From IMG/VR virus record IMGVR_UViG_3300028948_000703, positions 52,273 through 116,272 of that record: a stretch of DNA of 64,000 bases, one strand, 5' to 3'. A program made the position numbers and the translations under genes. Position 1 is the stretch's first letter. Each line of letters opens with the position of its first letter. The notes beneath the pieces are model-generated. The model did not search any database and was not told the origin of the DNA. It worked only from the letters and a program-made list of their open reading frames with translations. The stretch comes from a virus. Shown here in pieces: positions 38,496-47,247 of this stretch.

Positions 38496-40354
38496 GCTTT
38501 TCTATCGTCGGCGCGCGTACCAGAGAAAATCAAATCTAGTGCATCGGACAATTTGCCGTCATCAATAATAGGAATTAGCTTAGGTTCTTTAAGACTGTGA
38601 ATCCAATCCTCTTCTTCTAGACTACCCAGACCCTTTGCACGAGTTGGTTTTGGACAATTCTTCCAGTCGTCTGGATTATATGTGTGGTAATTATCTGCAT
38701 ACCAATAATGTCTCTTCTTACCTTTCTCCTGAATAATAAAAGGAGTTTGGAAACTATAGAAAAATGGTGGTAATTTAGAATCAAAAAGCTCTGGCCATTG
38801 TAGATAAAAGAAATTTACCAACAGCGCAGTGATATTTGCACCGTCTGGGTCCTGGTCAGCCGCAAGATAAACTTTGCCATATCTTAACTCTTCTCTTATC
38901 GCAGTCTGACCAATTCCTACTCCAATCGCTGACATAAGATCAGAAATTATCTGATTGTCAATAATTGCTTTTACACTTTCTCCTCGTACATTGAGAATTT
39001 TACCCCTCAATGGAAGAGCGCCATGTATTTCAGGATCTCTAACAGAGCTTACCATTGTTTTAGCACTATCGCCCTCTGTAATTAGCAAAATACACTTGGT
39101 CCTATCTTTGCCATTTGCGTCTAATAGCTTAGGAACTTTTTGACGCATGAGTTTTCTGTTAGCTTTTGCTAGATCAGCATCGTCTTTTTTCTGTGTACGA
39201 GCTGCACAACGATCATAGATCGTTTGTATCCATTCCTTGTTTTGTCTAATAATTGTTTTAAACGTAGCATCGTCGACTAAGTTATCTTTAATTAACTTTT
39301 CAACATTATCATTAATTAATCTGGTCTTTGATTGGCTGTCAAACTCGGGCTTTTTCATAGTAGTTATGTTAAAGATTAACATAGTTTCCAGCACATCGCT
39401 GCGATTGGGAACTAGTCCTCTTTTTTTAGATTCTTTTTCTAGTGACGAAAGTATCCCCTGAGAGAAGTATTTCTTAAACGATTCTATGTGTACACCACCG
39501 TCAAATGCTGGGATATTGTTCACTAGAGTTTGTGCATGATCTCCGGTTTCAATTAGCCCAGGAACTAGAATAAACTTGCTGTCAAATGTTTTCTCTTGAT
39601 CGTTTAGGTTTATAGTAATTGTTTTCCTATTGCCAAATAGTTCTTTCTCAATGTTTTTAACCTTAATAGTGTCATTGTTAAATGTTATTTTCAATTTTGG
39701 ATTACATGCGGCAATCTCAATTAGTCGATCTTTGACAAATTTTTCAGATAAGGTTAAATCTTTGAACACAGACTTAGACAGTTTAAAACTTATTTTTGTA
39801 CTGGAGTTTCCAGTCTTCTTTGTAATCTTAGGTTCAGATTTTTGTAGCTCAGGAAGAAGATCATTTCCTTCGGTAAACTTCTGAAGAAATTTTTGTCCGT
39901 CCCGGTGAATTTCAACTGTAAAATATTCTGAACAAAAATTGACACCGGACGCACCAATTCCGTTCATACCTGCTGTGTTGTTACGTTCGTCAAAGTTTCT
40001 ACCAGACATTAACTCGCTTAATGCCAGCGTAGCTTTATGCATATTATGCTCGCTATCCCAATCGATCGGAATTCCTCTGCCGTTGTCTTCGATAGAAAAT
40101 TCCATAGTAGCAGGATCGAATGTAACATCAATTCTATTACCATGCCCATGTGCAACAACTTCATCAAGTGCGTTGTCTAATATTTCTCTAAATGATGTAA
40201 AAACCGCTGGTACCCATTTTGACTCAACTACAGATGCTGTGTTGTTTTCGTATGACAATACATTGCCAGTGTGCAATGTTGTAGAACCATAATAAACTGT
40301 GGTTCTAAGTCGTACGTGTTGATACGGTGTTAGTTTTTTAATTTCGTTATTCAT
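38480..40354 (-). CDS. type II DNA topoisomerase, GyrB-like ATPase/Toprim subunit
   Basis: EILDNALDE, DNGRGIP, GMNGIGA, TEGDSA, PLRGK, DQDPDG, KGLGSL. Confidence 0.93.
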   Translation of the reverse strand: MNNEIKKLTPYQHVRLRTTVYYGSTTLHTGNVLSYENNTASVVESKWVPAVFTSFREILDNALDEVVAHGHGNRIDVTFDPATMEFSIEDNGRGIPIDWDSEHNMHKATLALSELMSGRNFDERNNTAGMNGIGASGVNFCSEYFTVEIHRDGQKFLQKFTEGNDLLPELQKSEPKITKKTGNSSTKISFKLSKSVFKDLTLSEKFVKDRLIEIAACNPKLKITFNNDTIKVKNIEKELFGNRKTITINLNDQEKTFDSKFILVPGLIETGDHAQTLVNNIPAFDGGVHIESFKKYFSQGILSSLEKESKKRGLVPNRSDVLETMLIFNITTMKKPEFDSQSKTRLINDNVEKLIKDNLVDDATFKTIIRQNKEWIQTIYDRCAARTQKKDDADLAKANRKLMRQKVPKLLDANGKDRTKCILLITEGDSAKTMVSSVRDPEIHGALPLRGKILNVRGESVKAIIDNQIISDLMSAIGVGIGQTAIREELRYGKVYLAADQDPDGANITALLVNFFYLQWPELFDSKLPPFFYSFQTPFIIQEKGKKRHYWYADNYHTYNPDDWKNCPKPTRAKGLGSLEEEDWIHSLKEPKLIPIIDDGKLSDALDLIFSGTRADDRKAWISL

Positions 40355-40424
40355 GTTTGATCCGTTTACTGCTTTTAATGTGTATAGCTTAATATTTGTT
40401 TGTGTAATGTCAAATTTACAAAGC

Positions 40425-40452
40425 ATTAGAGGTGAGTTTCCTCACCTCTAAT
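40425..40452. terminator. hairpin, probable terminator
   Basis: ATTAGAGGTGAG-TTTC-CTCACCTCTAAT. Confidence 0.6.
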
Positions 40453-40558
40453 AATTTCTTGCGTTATATTTTAGAATTTGATCAGTTCTATCAATGCAAG
40501 CGTCGGTGACTGACCTCTTTAACATTTATTACAATATAAACAAACTTATGATAACTAT

Positions 40559-41257
40559 TTATTTACGATCACCTAACAAACTAAGTAAATGAACAAAAAT
40601 ATTAATAAAATTAAGATATAAACTTAACGCACCAAAAATACTTGCCTTTTCTGGGCTTTCAAATCCGTATACACTGCCATTGCTTGTATAATCACTTTTT
40701 ATATTTTGAGTATCGTATGCTGTAAGTCCAACAAAAATTAAAACGCCAATAACTGAAATTGCAAATGATAAAAATGAACTTGCTAAAAATATATTTACCA
40801 AGCCTGCAATAATTATACCTATGAGTCCCATTAATAAAAATGAACCCCATGAGCTAAGGCTTTTATTTGTTGTATAACCATATAAACTGGCAGCAGCAAA
40901 TGTCCCTGCAGTAATAAAAAATACCTTAGTAATGCTGGCACCTGTATACAATAAGAATAAAGTACTTAAACTTAATCCCATTGAAACACTAAAAAGATAA
41001 AATAGCAATGTTGCAGTTGCAATACTAAAAGATTTAATACCAAAAGACAGAGCAAAAACAAATGCCAATGGTAGAAGTGCAAAAACTATCCACACAGGAC
41101 TTTGTATATAGGCTGTTAAATAGACCGACGCAAACCAAGCAGTTAAACCTGTAACAGCTAAACCTGCTGTCATCTTGTTATAAATGCCAAGCATGAATTG
41201 ACGTAATCCTTGATCAATACTGTCAACTTGTGCAATTGCTGAAAATTGATTGTTCAT
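40559..41257 (-). CDS. Bax inhibitor-1/YccA family membrane protein
   Basis: seven TM segments; SLYGYTT, GLTAYDTQ, GALSLYLNFINIF. Confidence 0.9.
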   Translation of the reverse strand: MNNQFSAIAQVDSIDQGLRQFMLGIYNKMTAGLAVTGLTAWFASVYLTAYIQSPVWIVFALLPLAFVFALSFGIKSFSIATATLLFYLFSVSMGLSLSTLFLLYTGASITKVFFITAGTFAAASLYGYTTNKSLSSWGSFLLMGLIGIIIAGLVNIFLASSFLSFAISVIGVLIFVGLTAYDTQNIKSDYTSNGSVYGFESPEKASIFGALSLYLNFINIFVHLLSLLGDRK

Positions 41258-41328
41258 TGTTTCTCCATATTTGTAAGAAATTTACATTAAATTATAATTG
41301 ATTTTTTACAAAAATCAAATGGATACCA

Positions 41329-41600
41329 AAAAGGTAGGCGAATAGTTGCCTATCCGCCTTTCTGTTTCCAGGTTCCCTTTAAAACCCATTGAGGCTTACG
41401 CTGCTAGGCGAACTTCCTCAAATGCAATGTTATCATTGACATTTATTTGTTTTGAACAGATTGACGGTCGTATCTTACCGAATATCTCAATCAATTTTTA
41501 CACACACGTCGATCCTAGTTTACCCACATAAAAAAATGTGGTGTAGGTAACGGGTACTGCCCCCGTGTCCGCATTGCTTATTATATTAATCTACAAACGA
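41329..41600 (-). ncRNA. ssrA: circularly permuted (two-piece) tmRNA; tag (A)VNDNIAFEEVRLAA
   Basis: acceptor piece ..GACACGGGGGCAGTACCCGTTACCTACACCA (ends 41539); 11-nt spacer; coding piece GTGGGTAAACTAGGATCGAC from 41527; G3:U70 pair; tag ORF 41440-41396; 3' hairpin. Confidence 0.92.
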
Positions 41601-41615
41601 TATTAATTATATTTA

Positions 41616-42245
41616 TTATGTTGTAATAGAAGAAGTCAAATTTTTTCTAAACTCAGTTGAAATAAAATCTAAATCAGATTTATAGTATAATTTTCTATCT
41701 TTTGGATTATATCCTTCATCTAAATTTGTTAGATATCCACCATATATTTGTAAACCAAATATATCTATTAGTTTTGCTTCTAACGACAATGCTTCACATT
41801 CGGTTAAATTATCTTTAATAATAAAAGATATAGGTTCTTTATCTAATTCATTTATCCATTGTCGAATTTTTCGATGTGTTTCGTTCCTAGCCAGATTTGA
41901 AAATCTATCACCTAAGCCTTTACCAACATAAAAAGGAAAATGTGTCATTCCTAATGTAGCAGAAAATGTAGTTAACCAATTAAACCCCACCGCTATTTTT
42001 TTCAAAGGATTCATATGGACATAAACATAGTATTGTCGTGTTTGGTCTAATTTTAAATTGTTATATAAACTTGAAATGTCTGTATTATACACATTCATAC
42101 ATGACTCAAATTTACGCCTATTCATCTCTTTCTTAGAAATTTTATTTGGATTAATTTGTCCTAACCTAGATTTTATTTGAGTTCCTAATTTTGATACTTG
42201 TTTATAGTCATCCCAATCAATTGTAAATGTTTTAATATTTGTCAT
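41616..42245 (-). CDS. GIY-YIG (LEM-3-like) homing endonuclease
   Basis: YYVYVH...PFYVGKG..R...EALSLEAKLI...LTN. Confidence 0.85.
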   Translation of the reverse strand: MTNIKTFTIDWDDYKQVSKLGTQIKSRLGQINPNKISKKEMNRRKFESCMNVYNTDISSLYNNLKLDQTRQYYVYVHMNPLKKIAVGFNWLTTFSATLGMTHFPFYVGKGLGDRFSNLARNETHRKIRQWINELDKEPISFIIKDNLTECEALSLEAKLIDIFGLQIYGGYLTNLDEGYNPKDRKLYYKSDLDFISTEFRKNLTSSITT

Positions 42246-42254
42246 TGTAATGTA

Positions 42255-42415
42255 TCGATCCCATTTCGCCCCCATCATAGACACATTAAGTAAACAGCCG
42301 CAAAGGTTAGCTACTCCTCTGGTCCGGGATACCCTCCCGGTGCTTAACGTGTCTATGGTGGAGGCGTCGGGAGTTGAACCCGAGTCTTGTTCACCTATAT
42401 ATTGCTATCAACGAC
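42255..42415 (-). ncRNA. second permuted tmRNA tRNA-like domain lacking a tag region
   Basis: ..GACTCGGGTTCAACTCCCGACGCCTCCACCA (ends 42356); 82-nt hairpin-closed spacer; GGGGGCGAAATGGGATCGA from 42273; G3:U70 pair. Confidence 0.8.
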
Positions 42416-42424
42416 AGCTACGTT

Positions 42425-42453
42425 ATTTATAGCACAAAACTTATAAAAAGCAA
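42425..42453 (-). promoter_or_regulatory. promoter TTGCTT-N16-TATAAATA, partly duplicated at ~42683-42716
   Basis: TATAAAAAGCAAGAGAT on + strand at ~42442 and ~42699. Confidence 0.6.
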
Positions 42454-42512
42454 GAGATTATAAAAATTAGCGATCACAGGGTTATGAGAATATATTATAC
42501 AGATAACCTTAA

Positions 42513-42630
42513 TCTTACATCATACGCACACGGCCAAGGGTAACTATCCAGCCTGCTTAACTACTGGATCATGCCTTGTTAGGTATAAAGCAGGAAATCC
42601 CGTAATAAACCATGTACGTATGATGTACGA
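42513..42630 (-). ncRNA. candidate pseudoknotted small RNA
   Basis: long closing stem TACATCATACGTACA/TGTGCGTATGATGTA; CAAGG/CCTTG, ATCCAG/CTGGAT and CCTGCTT/AAGCAGG pairings; promoter upstream. Confidence 0.55.
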
Positions 42631-42718
42631 TGTAAGATTGAGGAGTTAACCTTACATCATTTCTATCTATATAACTACTATAGTTATAACACAACAATTA
42701 TAAAAAGCAAGAGATCAT

Positions 42719-42824
42719 AAAAAACATTTGGCGTCTGCATTTCCTTGGTTATCTTACTTGCAACTCCGGACCCCATAGTATTATCTAACTTGTCCTTTGT
42801 ATCCGAGAAGACCAAATGTTTTTT
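42719..42824. ncRNA. candidate small RNA closed by a long stem
   Basis: AAAAAACATTTGG/CCAAATGTTTTTT closing stem; no ORF. Confidence 0.4.
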
Positions 42825-42856
42825 GTTAGTAAAAATATTTACCAAATTATATTAAA

Positions 42857-43762
42857 TCAACCCACACTTGAATTTTTAATTCTATGTGCAACCATACTAG
42901 CATATTGCCAACAGAACGTAGCAGCAGCTAGAGATGTAATTTCACCATGATCATACGGTGGACTTATTTCTACACAATCCATTCCAATCCAGTTAACACT
43001 GTCTAAATTGTCTAACAATTCTCTCAACCAAACTGTGTTAAGTCCTGCAATTTCCGGAGTTCCTGTTCCTGGTGCATATGCAGGATCAAGACAATCTATA
43101 TCCAATGACAGATACGTTGGTGAATCTTTTACTTTGGTTTTAATAATATCTGCCATTGCAACAGGAGACCATCGTAATGCACGAGCAGCAGTGTAAGTTG
43201 TTCCTCCGTTTTTTTCTAGATATGTTCTTGATATTTCATCACTTGGACTTCGTATGCCAATGCTTATTGTGTTATTACTATTAATTAAATTTTTCTGAAT
43301 TGAATTATATAACCATGTCCCGTGGCCATATGGTTCGCCAAAGTGACTTGACCATGTATCACAGTGTGCATCAAAATGCACAACTGCGATATCTTTATAT
43401 TTCTTGCTTAATGCACGAAGTATACCAAAAGTAATCGAATGATCACCACCCAATGTAATTAGGTTTTTATCTTGATTATCTAATATTGCCCCTTCAACTG
43501 CAGCTAGCATTATATGTGTGTTACCAGTAGGCAACACCATATTACCTAAGTCTTGAACGTAATCGTTAAGGTTTACTTGATACTTAGGATGTGTACCATC
43601 TGTAAGCATAAGGCTAACATTACGAATTGCATTAGGGCCCATTCGAGTGCCACTGCGAAATGTAGTTGCGCAATCAATGGGTGCACCGATAACACCAATT
43701 GGTCTAGATTCCTGTCCTACACCGCAAAATGTAGGCATTAGTTGAAAAGGCTGATGCATCAT
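42857..43762 (-). CDS. speB: agmatinase (ureohydrolase family)
   Basis: GGDHSIT, HFDAHCD, SLDIDCLDPAYAPGTGTPE, VEISPPYD. Confidence 0.92.
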   Translation of the reverse strand: MMHQPFQLMPTFCGVGQESRPIGVIGAPIDCATTFRSGTRMGPNAIRNVSLMLTDGTHPKYQVNLNDYVQDLGNMVLPTGNTHIMLAAVEGAILDNQDKNLITLGGDHSITFGILRALSKKYKDIAVVHFDAHCDTWSSHFGEPYGHGTWLYNSIQKNLINSNNTISIGIRSPSDEISRTYLEKNGGTTYTAARALRWSPVAMADIIKTKVKDSPTYLSLDIDCLDPAYAPGTGTPEIAGLNTVWLRELLDNLDSVNWIGMDCVEISPPYDHGEITSLAAATFCWQYASMVAHRIKNSSVG

Positions 43763-44103
43763 GATTGAACTAATTTACTAACTGCGCCTGCAGTTGGAAT
43801 AGCCAAACCAGTTGTTGTTTGTGTATACCCAGCTTTTGCTTCTGGATTTGAAAGCACCATACACATTATGTGATCTTTGTTGATTGGAAACTTCCCTTCT
43901 TTATCTGCTCCTAGCATAAAAAAAGGTGCCATTTGAACCCCAGGGCGACCGGTTTGAGGGTCAGCTGATAGAACCATTAATAGTGGTTTAGAAACCGTAA
44001 CACTGGTTTCATTTCTTTCTACAAATTTTGCAATAATTTCGTCGCCGTTAGACAGCTTTAAAGATACAACTTCATTTGGTTGTATAGATTTTTCAATTAA
44101 CAT
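43759..44103 (-). CDS. Sm-like fold phage protein
   Basis: VVSLKLSNGDEIIAK...YTQTTTGL. Confidence 0.65.
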   Translation of the reverse strand: MLIEKSIQPNEVVSLKLSNGDEIIAKFVERNETSVTVSKPLLMVLSADPQTGRPGVQMAPFFMLGADKEGKFPINKDHIMCMVLSNPEAKAGYTQTTTGLAIPTAGAVSKLVQS

Positions 44104-44160
44104 TATTCTTCTCCATGTTATTATCTAATAATAATAGAGAGTAGTTGAAATAAGCAAGTA

Positions 44161-45043
44161 TTAACGAATGCCAAATTGGTTATCAAGATTTGCTAAACCG
44201 TTGGTTTTTAAAAATGCATTAGTCCCGCCGTTCATAACAGCAGTTTTTGTTGGATCGCCAGCTTTCTTGATAGGAGGATTGGCATATGAAACATGTATCC
44301 AACTTGCGTTTCCTTGGTATTCTAGTAGAAGTTGGTCGTATGGTACGTTATCTTTAATCCAGACTGCCATTTCATAGTGTTTGCGCCATTGTCCAGGAAG
44401 TTGTATATCGACAGCTTGAAACTTAGGATGTTGACTAGTTGGGTTTCCACTTGGACGTCTAATACTGCTTGTTATTACCATGCTGGGATAACGATCTCTA
44501 ATAGCATCTAAAACGTTAATTGCTAGTAGTTTTGCATTTGCTACAAGTTGTCCGGGTGTTAGTCCGGCATTCCCACTTCTTACTATACCATTACGAGTCC
44601 ATTGAGGGTAATAGACATATGGAGCGTCAGTAACCTGGCCTAATGTAAAATTTCTGCTAAGTCTTAAAGTAGGTGGAAAACTCTTGAGACTTTCTACTCC
44701 TTCTGTATCATTGCTAACAACGCCCGGTTGACTTGATGGAGCACCAGAAGTATCCTCAGTTCCATTAAGTTTTGCTTTTCGAACTTCATCGGCTTCTTCT
44801 TGTGTCATTACACCAGTTCTTACTAACTCCTGTAGATACGCTTCTCCTTGATTTTCTGCAAATGATGTAGGTTGGAATTGTGTGTCTTCACCTTGAATAT
44901 ATGCTTGCATTTTAACTTTCATATCTTCTGGGATAGCACGAGATTGCGGAGGCTGCCATAGAGCTGCTTGTACCTGATTTATATAAACATCAGGACTATA
45001 CCAAACATCTTGACCTTTCCAGCTAGGGAGGGTTGAGTGGCAT
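44161..45043 (-). CDS. Peptidase M15-family peptidoglycan hydrolase; full length needs a +1 frameshift at CCC-TAG (45028-45023)
   Basis: ITSSIR...SQH...AVDI...DQLLLEY...WIHVS; RBS+ATG at 45043 lies one base out of frame with the open extension upstream of 44922. Confidence 0.8.
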
Positions 45044-45140
45044 TGGTTTCTCTACTCCTTTACAAACGAAAGGCGGGTCCATCGTTCGCCTTTTAAATAT
45101 TTATCTATTAATTCTTTTATATATTCGTCAGCATTCTTCA

Positions 45141-45398
45141 TTATTTATTTTCAAAATAAGCCGCTAATTCTGTATACCCACCTATATAATTACCGTCTAA
45201 CCAAATTTGTGGTACTGTTCGAGCATGTGGAGCTCTTTCTAATAATTGTGCTTTTGTAACATTATTCTGAGAATTAGATTCCTGTATAGGATCTGCAACA
45301 ATGTGATATTCAGTATACGAAATGTCTTTTGATTTCAATAGGAATTTTGCTTTTGTGCAGTAAGGGCAATTTGTCTTTGTATATATTTCAGCTTTCAT
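45141..45398 (-). CDS. glutaredoxin
   Basis: CPYC, TVPQI, IGGY. Confidence 0.93.
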   Translation of the reverse strand: MKAEIYTKTNCPYCTKAKFLLKSKDISYTEYHIVADPIQESNSQNNVTKAQLLERAPHARTVPQIWLDGNYIGGYTELAAYFENK

Positions 45399-46096
45399 TT
45401 TTGTTCCTTGTGTTTATGAACTGTAACTTTTCCAGAAGAATCTTGTTTCATCCAAATACTATCATCAGGAATGGTGACATTAGCCTGTTGAAAATGCCAT
45501 GCCCATTTTGTGTAATAATTTACAGTTGGTGTCGAAGAATGACTACGTTTAATATTTGAATTACTGGCGATTAGATTCCAAAATATTCTATCACCTGCAA
45601 GTGCCTGATTTTTATCTGTAATCCACCCTGTCATTATATGTAATAAACGACTGGTTAAAAATAAACAGTTGGTGTCACAAAAATCTGTACCATTACTTTC
45701 TATAGTATCAACATACAGAAATTCATTGTTAAATTTTGATACTATATTTCTTGTAGCTGATACAACATCGCAATTATTTTGTTTAGCTATTTTAACCATA
45801 GTTTCTATATGCGACGGTCCATAGGTATTATCTGCATCTAAAAATGATACTGCATCGTAACCTTGACTAAATGCACTTATAGCACCTATTGCGCGTGGAG
45901 TAGCACCTGCATCGGCATGAGATGTTGATAAAACAATATGATCAGAATCTTTCCATGTAGACAACCAATCATTTGGACGACCATCTGCTACAAATATGTG
46001 TCTGCAATCATATGTTTGATTAGATACAGATTTTTTGCAGCGAACAAGTACGTCAATTGATTCAGAATAATACGGTGTAACAACTGCAATCTTCAT
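45395..46096 (-). CDS. glycosyltransferase family 2
   Basis: VVTPYY, VADG, FLDADN, AGDR; similar to 33929-34642. Confidence 0.85.
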   Translation of the reverse strand: MKIAVVTPYYSESIDVLVRCKKSVSNQTYDCRHIFVADGRPNDWLSTWKDSDHIVLSTSHADAGATPRAIGAISAFSQGYDAVSFLDADNTYGPSHIETMVKIAKQNNCDVVSATRNIVSKFNNEFLYVDTIESNGTDFCDTNCLFLTSRLLHIMTGWITDKNQALAGDRIFWNLIASNSNIKRSHSSTPTVNYYTKWAWHFQQANVTIPDDSIWMKQDSSGKVTVHKHKEQK

Positions 46097-47229
46097 TAAA
46101 GACTAATACCTTTAAAGCTTGTATCAGTTACATCCATTTTTGCATCACCGATCTTGTACGAGGACAACTCGACTTCTTGAGGTGCCACTTGTACTTCTTT
46201 ACCACTTATCCATTTTGTTGTCCAAGGTAATGGATTAGTTTTTACATTATAAGGACTTTCTAACCCAATGCTGTCCATACGCATACCGGCAATATATTCA
46301 ACATATGACTTTAGAAGATCAGCATTAAGTCCGATCATACTTCCATCTTTAAACAAGTAACCAGCCCATGATTTCTCTTGGTTAACTGCAGATAAAAACA
46401 TGTCAGTGCATTCGGCAGCACATTCAACTGAAATTTTAGCAAAGTCAGGATCATCTTTTGGTAATAATTTAATAAGAGTTTGTGTACTGCCAAGATGTAG
46501 ATTCTCATCACGACAGATAAATTTTATTATCTTAGCATTACCTTCCATTTTCTTTAGTTCGGCAAAGGCCCATGCACATGCAAAACTAACATAAAACCTA
46601 ATGCCTTCAAGTACATTTACACTGTTAAGACACAGCCAAAGTTTTTTCTTTAGTTGATATATATCTACTTCGATAACATTGCCATTGACAGTATGTTTAC
46701 CTTCGCCTAGTAAATGATACCATTGTACAGCAGTTATTAAGTCATCATAGTACTTGGTAATATCTTTTGTGCAATCGACAATTTCTTGTATATCCATCAT
46801 GCTATCAAAGACTTTACTAGGGTCGCTGTAAATATTTCGAATAATATGTGTATAACTCTTTGAATGAATTGTTTCGAAGAAGCTCCATGTTTGAATCCAT
46901 ACTTCTAATTCTGGTAAACTACAAACTGGTAAGAATGCAAGATTAGGAGCACGACCTTGCACACTATCTAAAATAATTTGTCTTTTTAAATTAGAAGTAA
47001 AAATATGCTGTTCATGTGGTGTAAGACTTCTAAAATCTTTTTGATCTTTTGCAATATCTACTTCAGCAGGTCTCCAGAAAAAACTTAATTGATTTTCTGT
47101 TAAACGATCAAACACACGATATTTAATATTGTCATAGCGAGCCACAGTCGTAGTACCGCTTTTATCTAAAAATGCCTGTACCTTTGAATTATCGGTACGA
47201 TTGTTACTGTCTAATACTTTAAAAGCCAT
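46096..47229 (-). CDS. nrdB: ribonucleotide reductase class Ia beta subunit
   Basis: FFWRPAEV, LDSVQGR, ETIHSKSY, LEGIRFYVSFAC, RDENLH, APQEVE. Confidence 0.96.
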   Translation of the reverse strand: MAFKVLDSNNRTDNSKVQAFLDKSGTTTVARYDNIKYRVFDRLTENQLSFFWRPAEVDIAKDQKDFRSLTPHEQHIFTSNLKRQIILDSVQGRAPNLAFLPVCSLPELEVWIQTWSFFETIHSKSYTHIIRNIYSDPSKVFDSMMDIQEIVDCTKDITKYYDDLITAVQWYHLLGEGKHTVNGNVIEVDIYQLKKKLWLCLNSVNVLEGIRFYVSFACAWAFAELKKMEGNAKIIKFICRDENLHLGSTQTLIKLLPKDDPDFAKISVECAAECTDMFLSAVNQEKSWAGYLFKDGSMIGLNADLLKSYVEYIAGMRMDSIGLESPYNVKTNPLPWTTKWISGKEVQVAPQEVELSSYKIGDAKMDVTDTSFKGISL

Positions 47230-47247
47230 TGTTATTTTTCCTAAATT

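Noticed and set aside
41346-41531. 61-aa + strand ORF (and 42250-42432)
   Set aside because: Antisense to tmRNA sequences.
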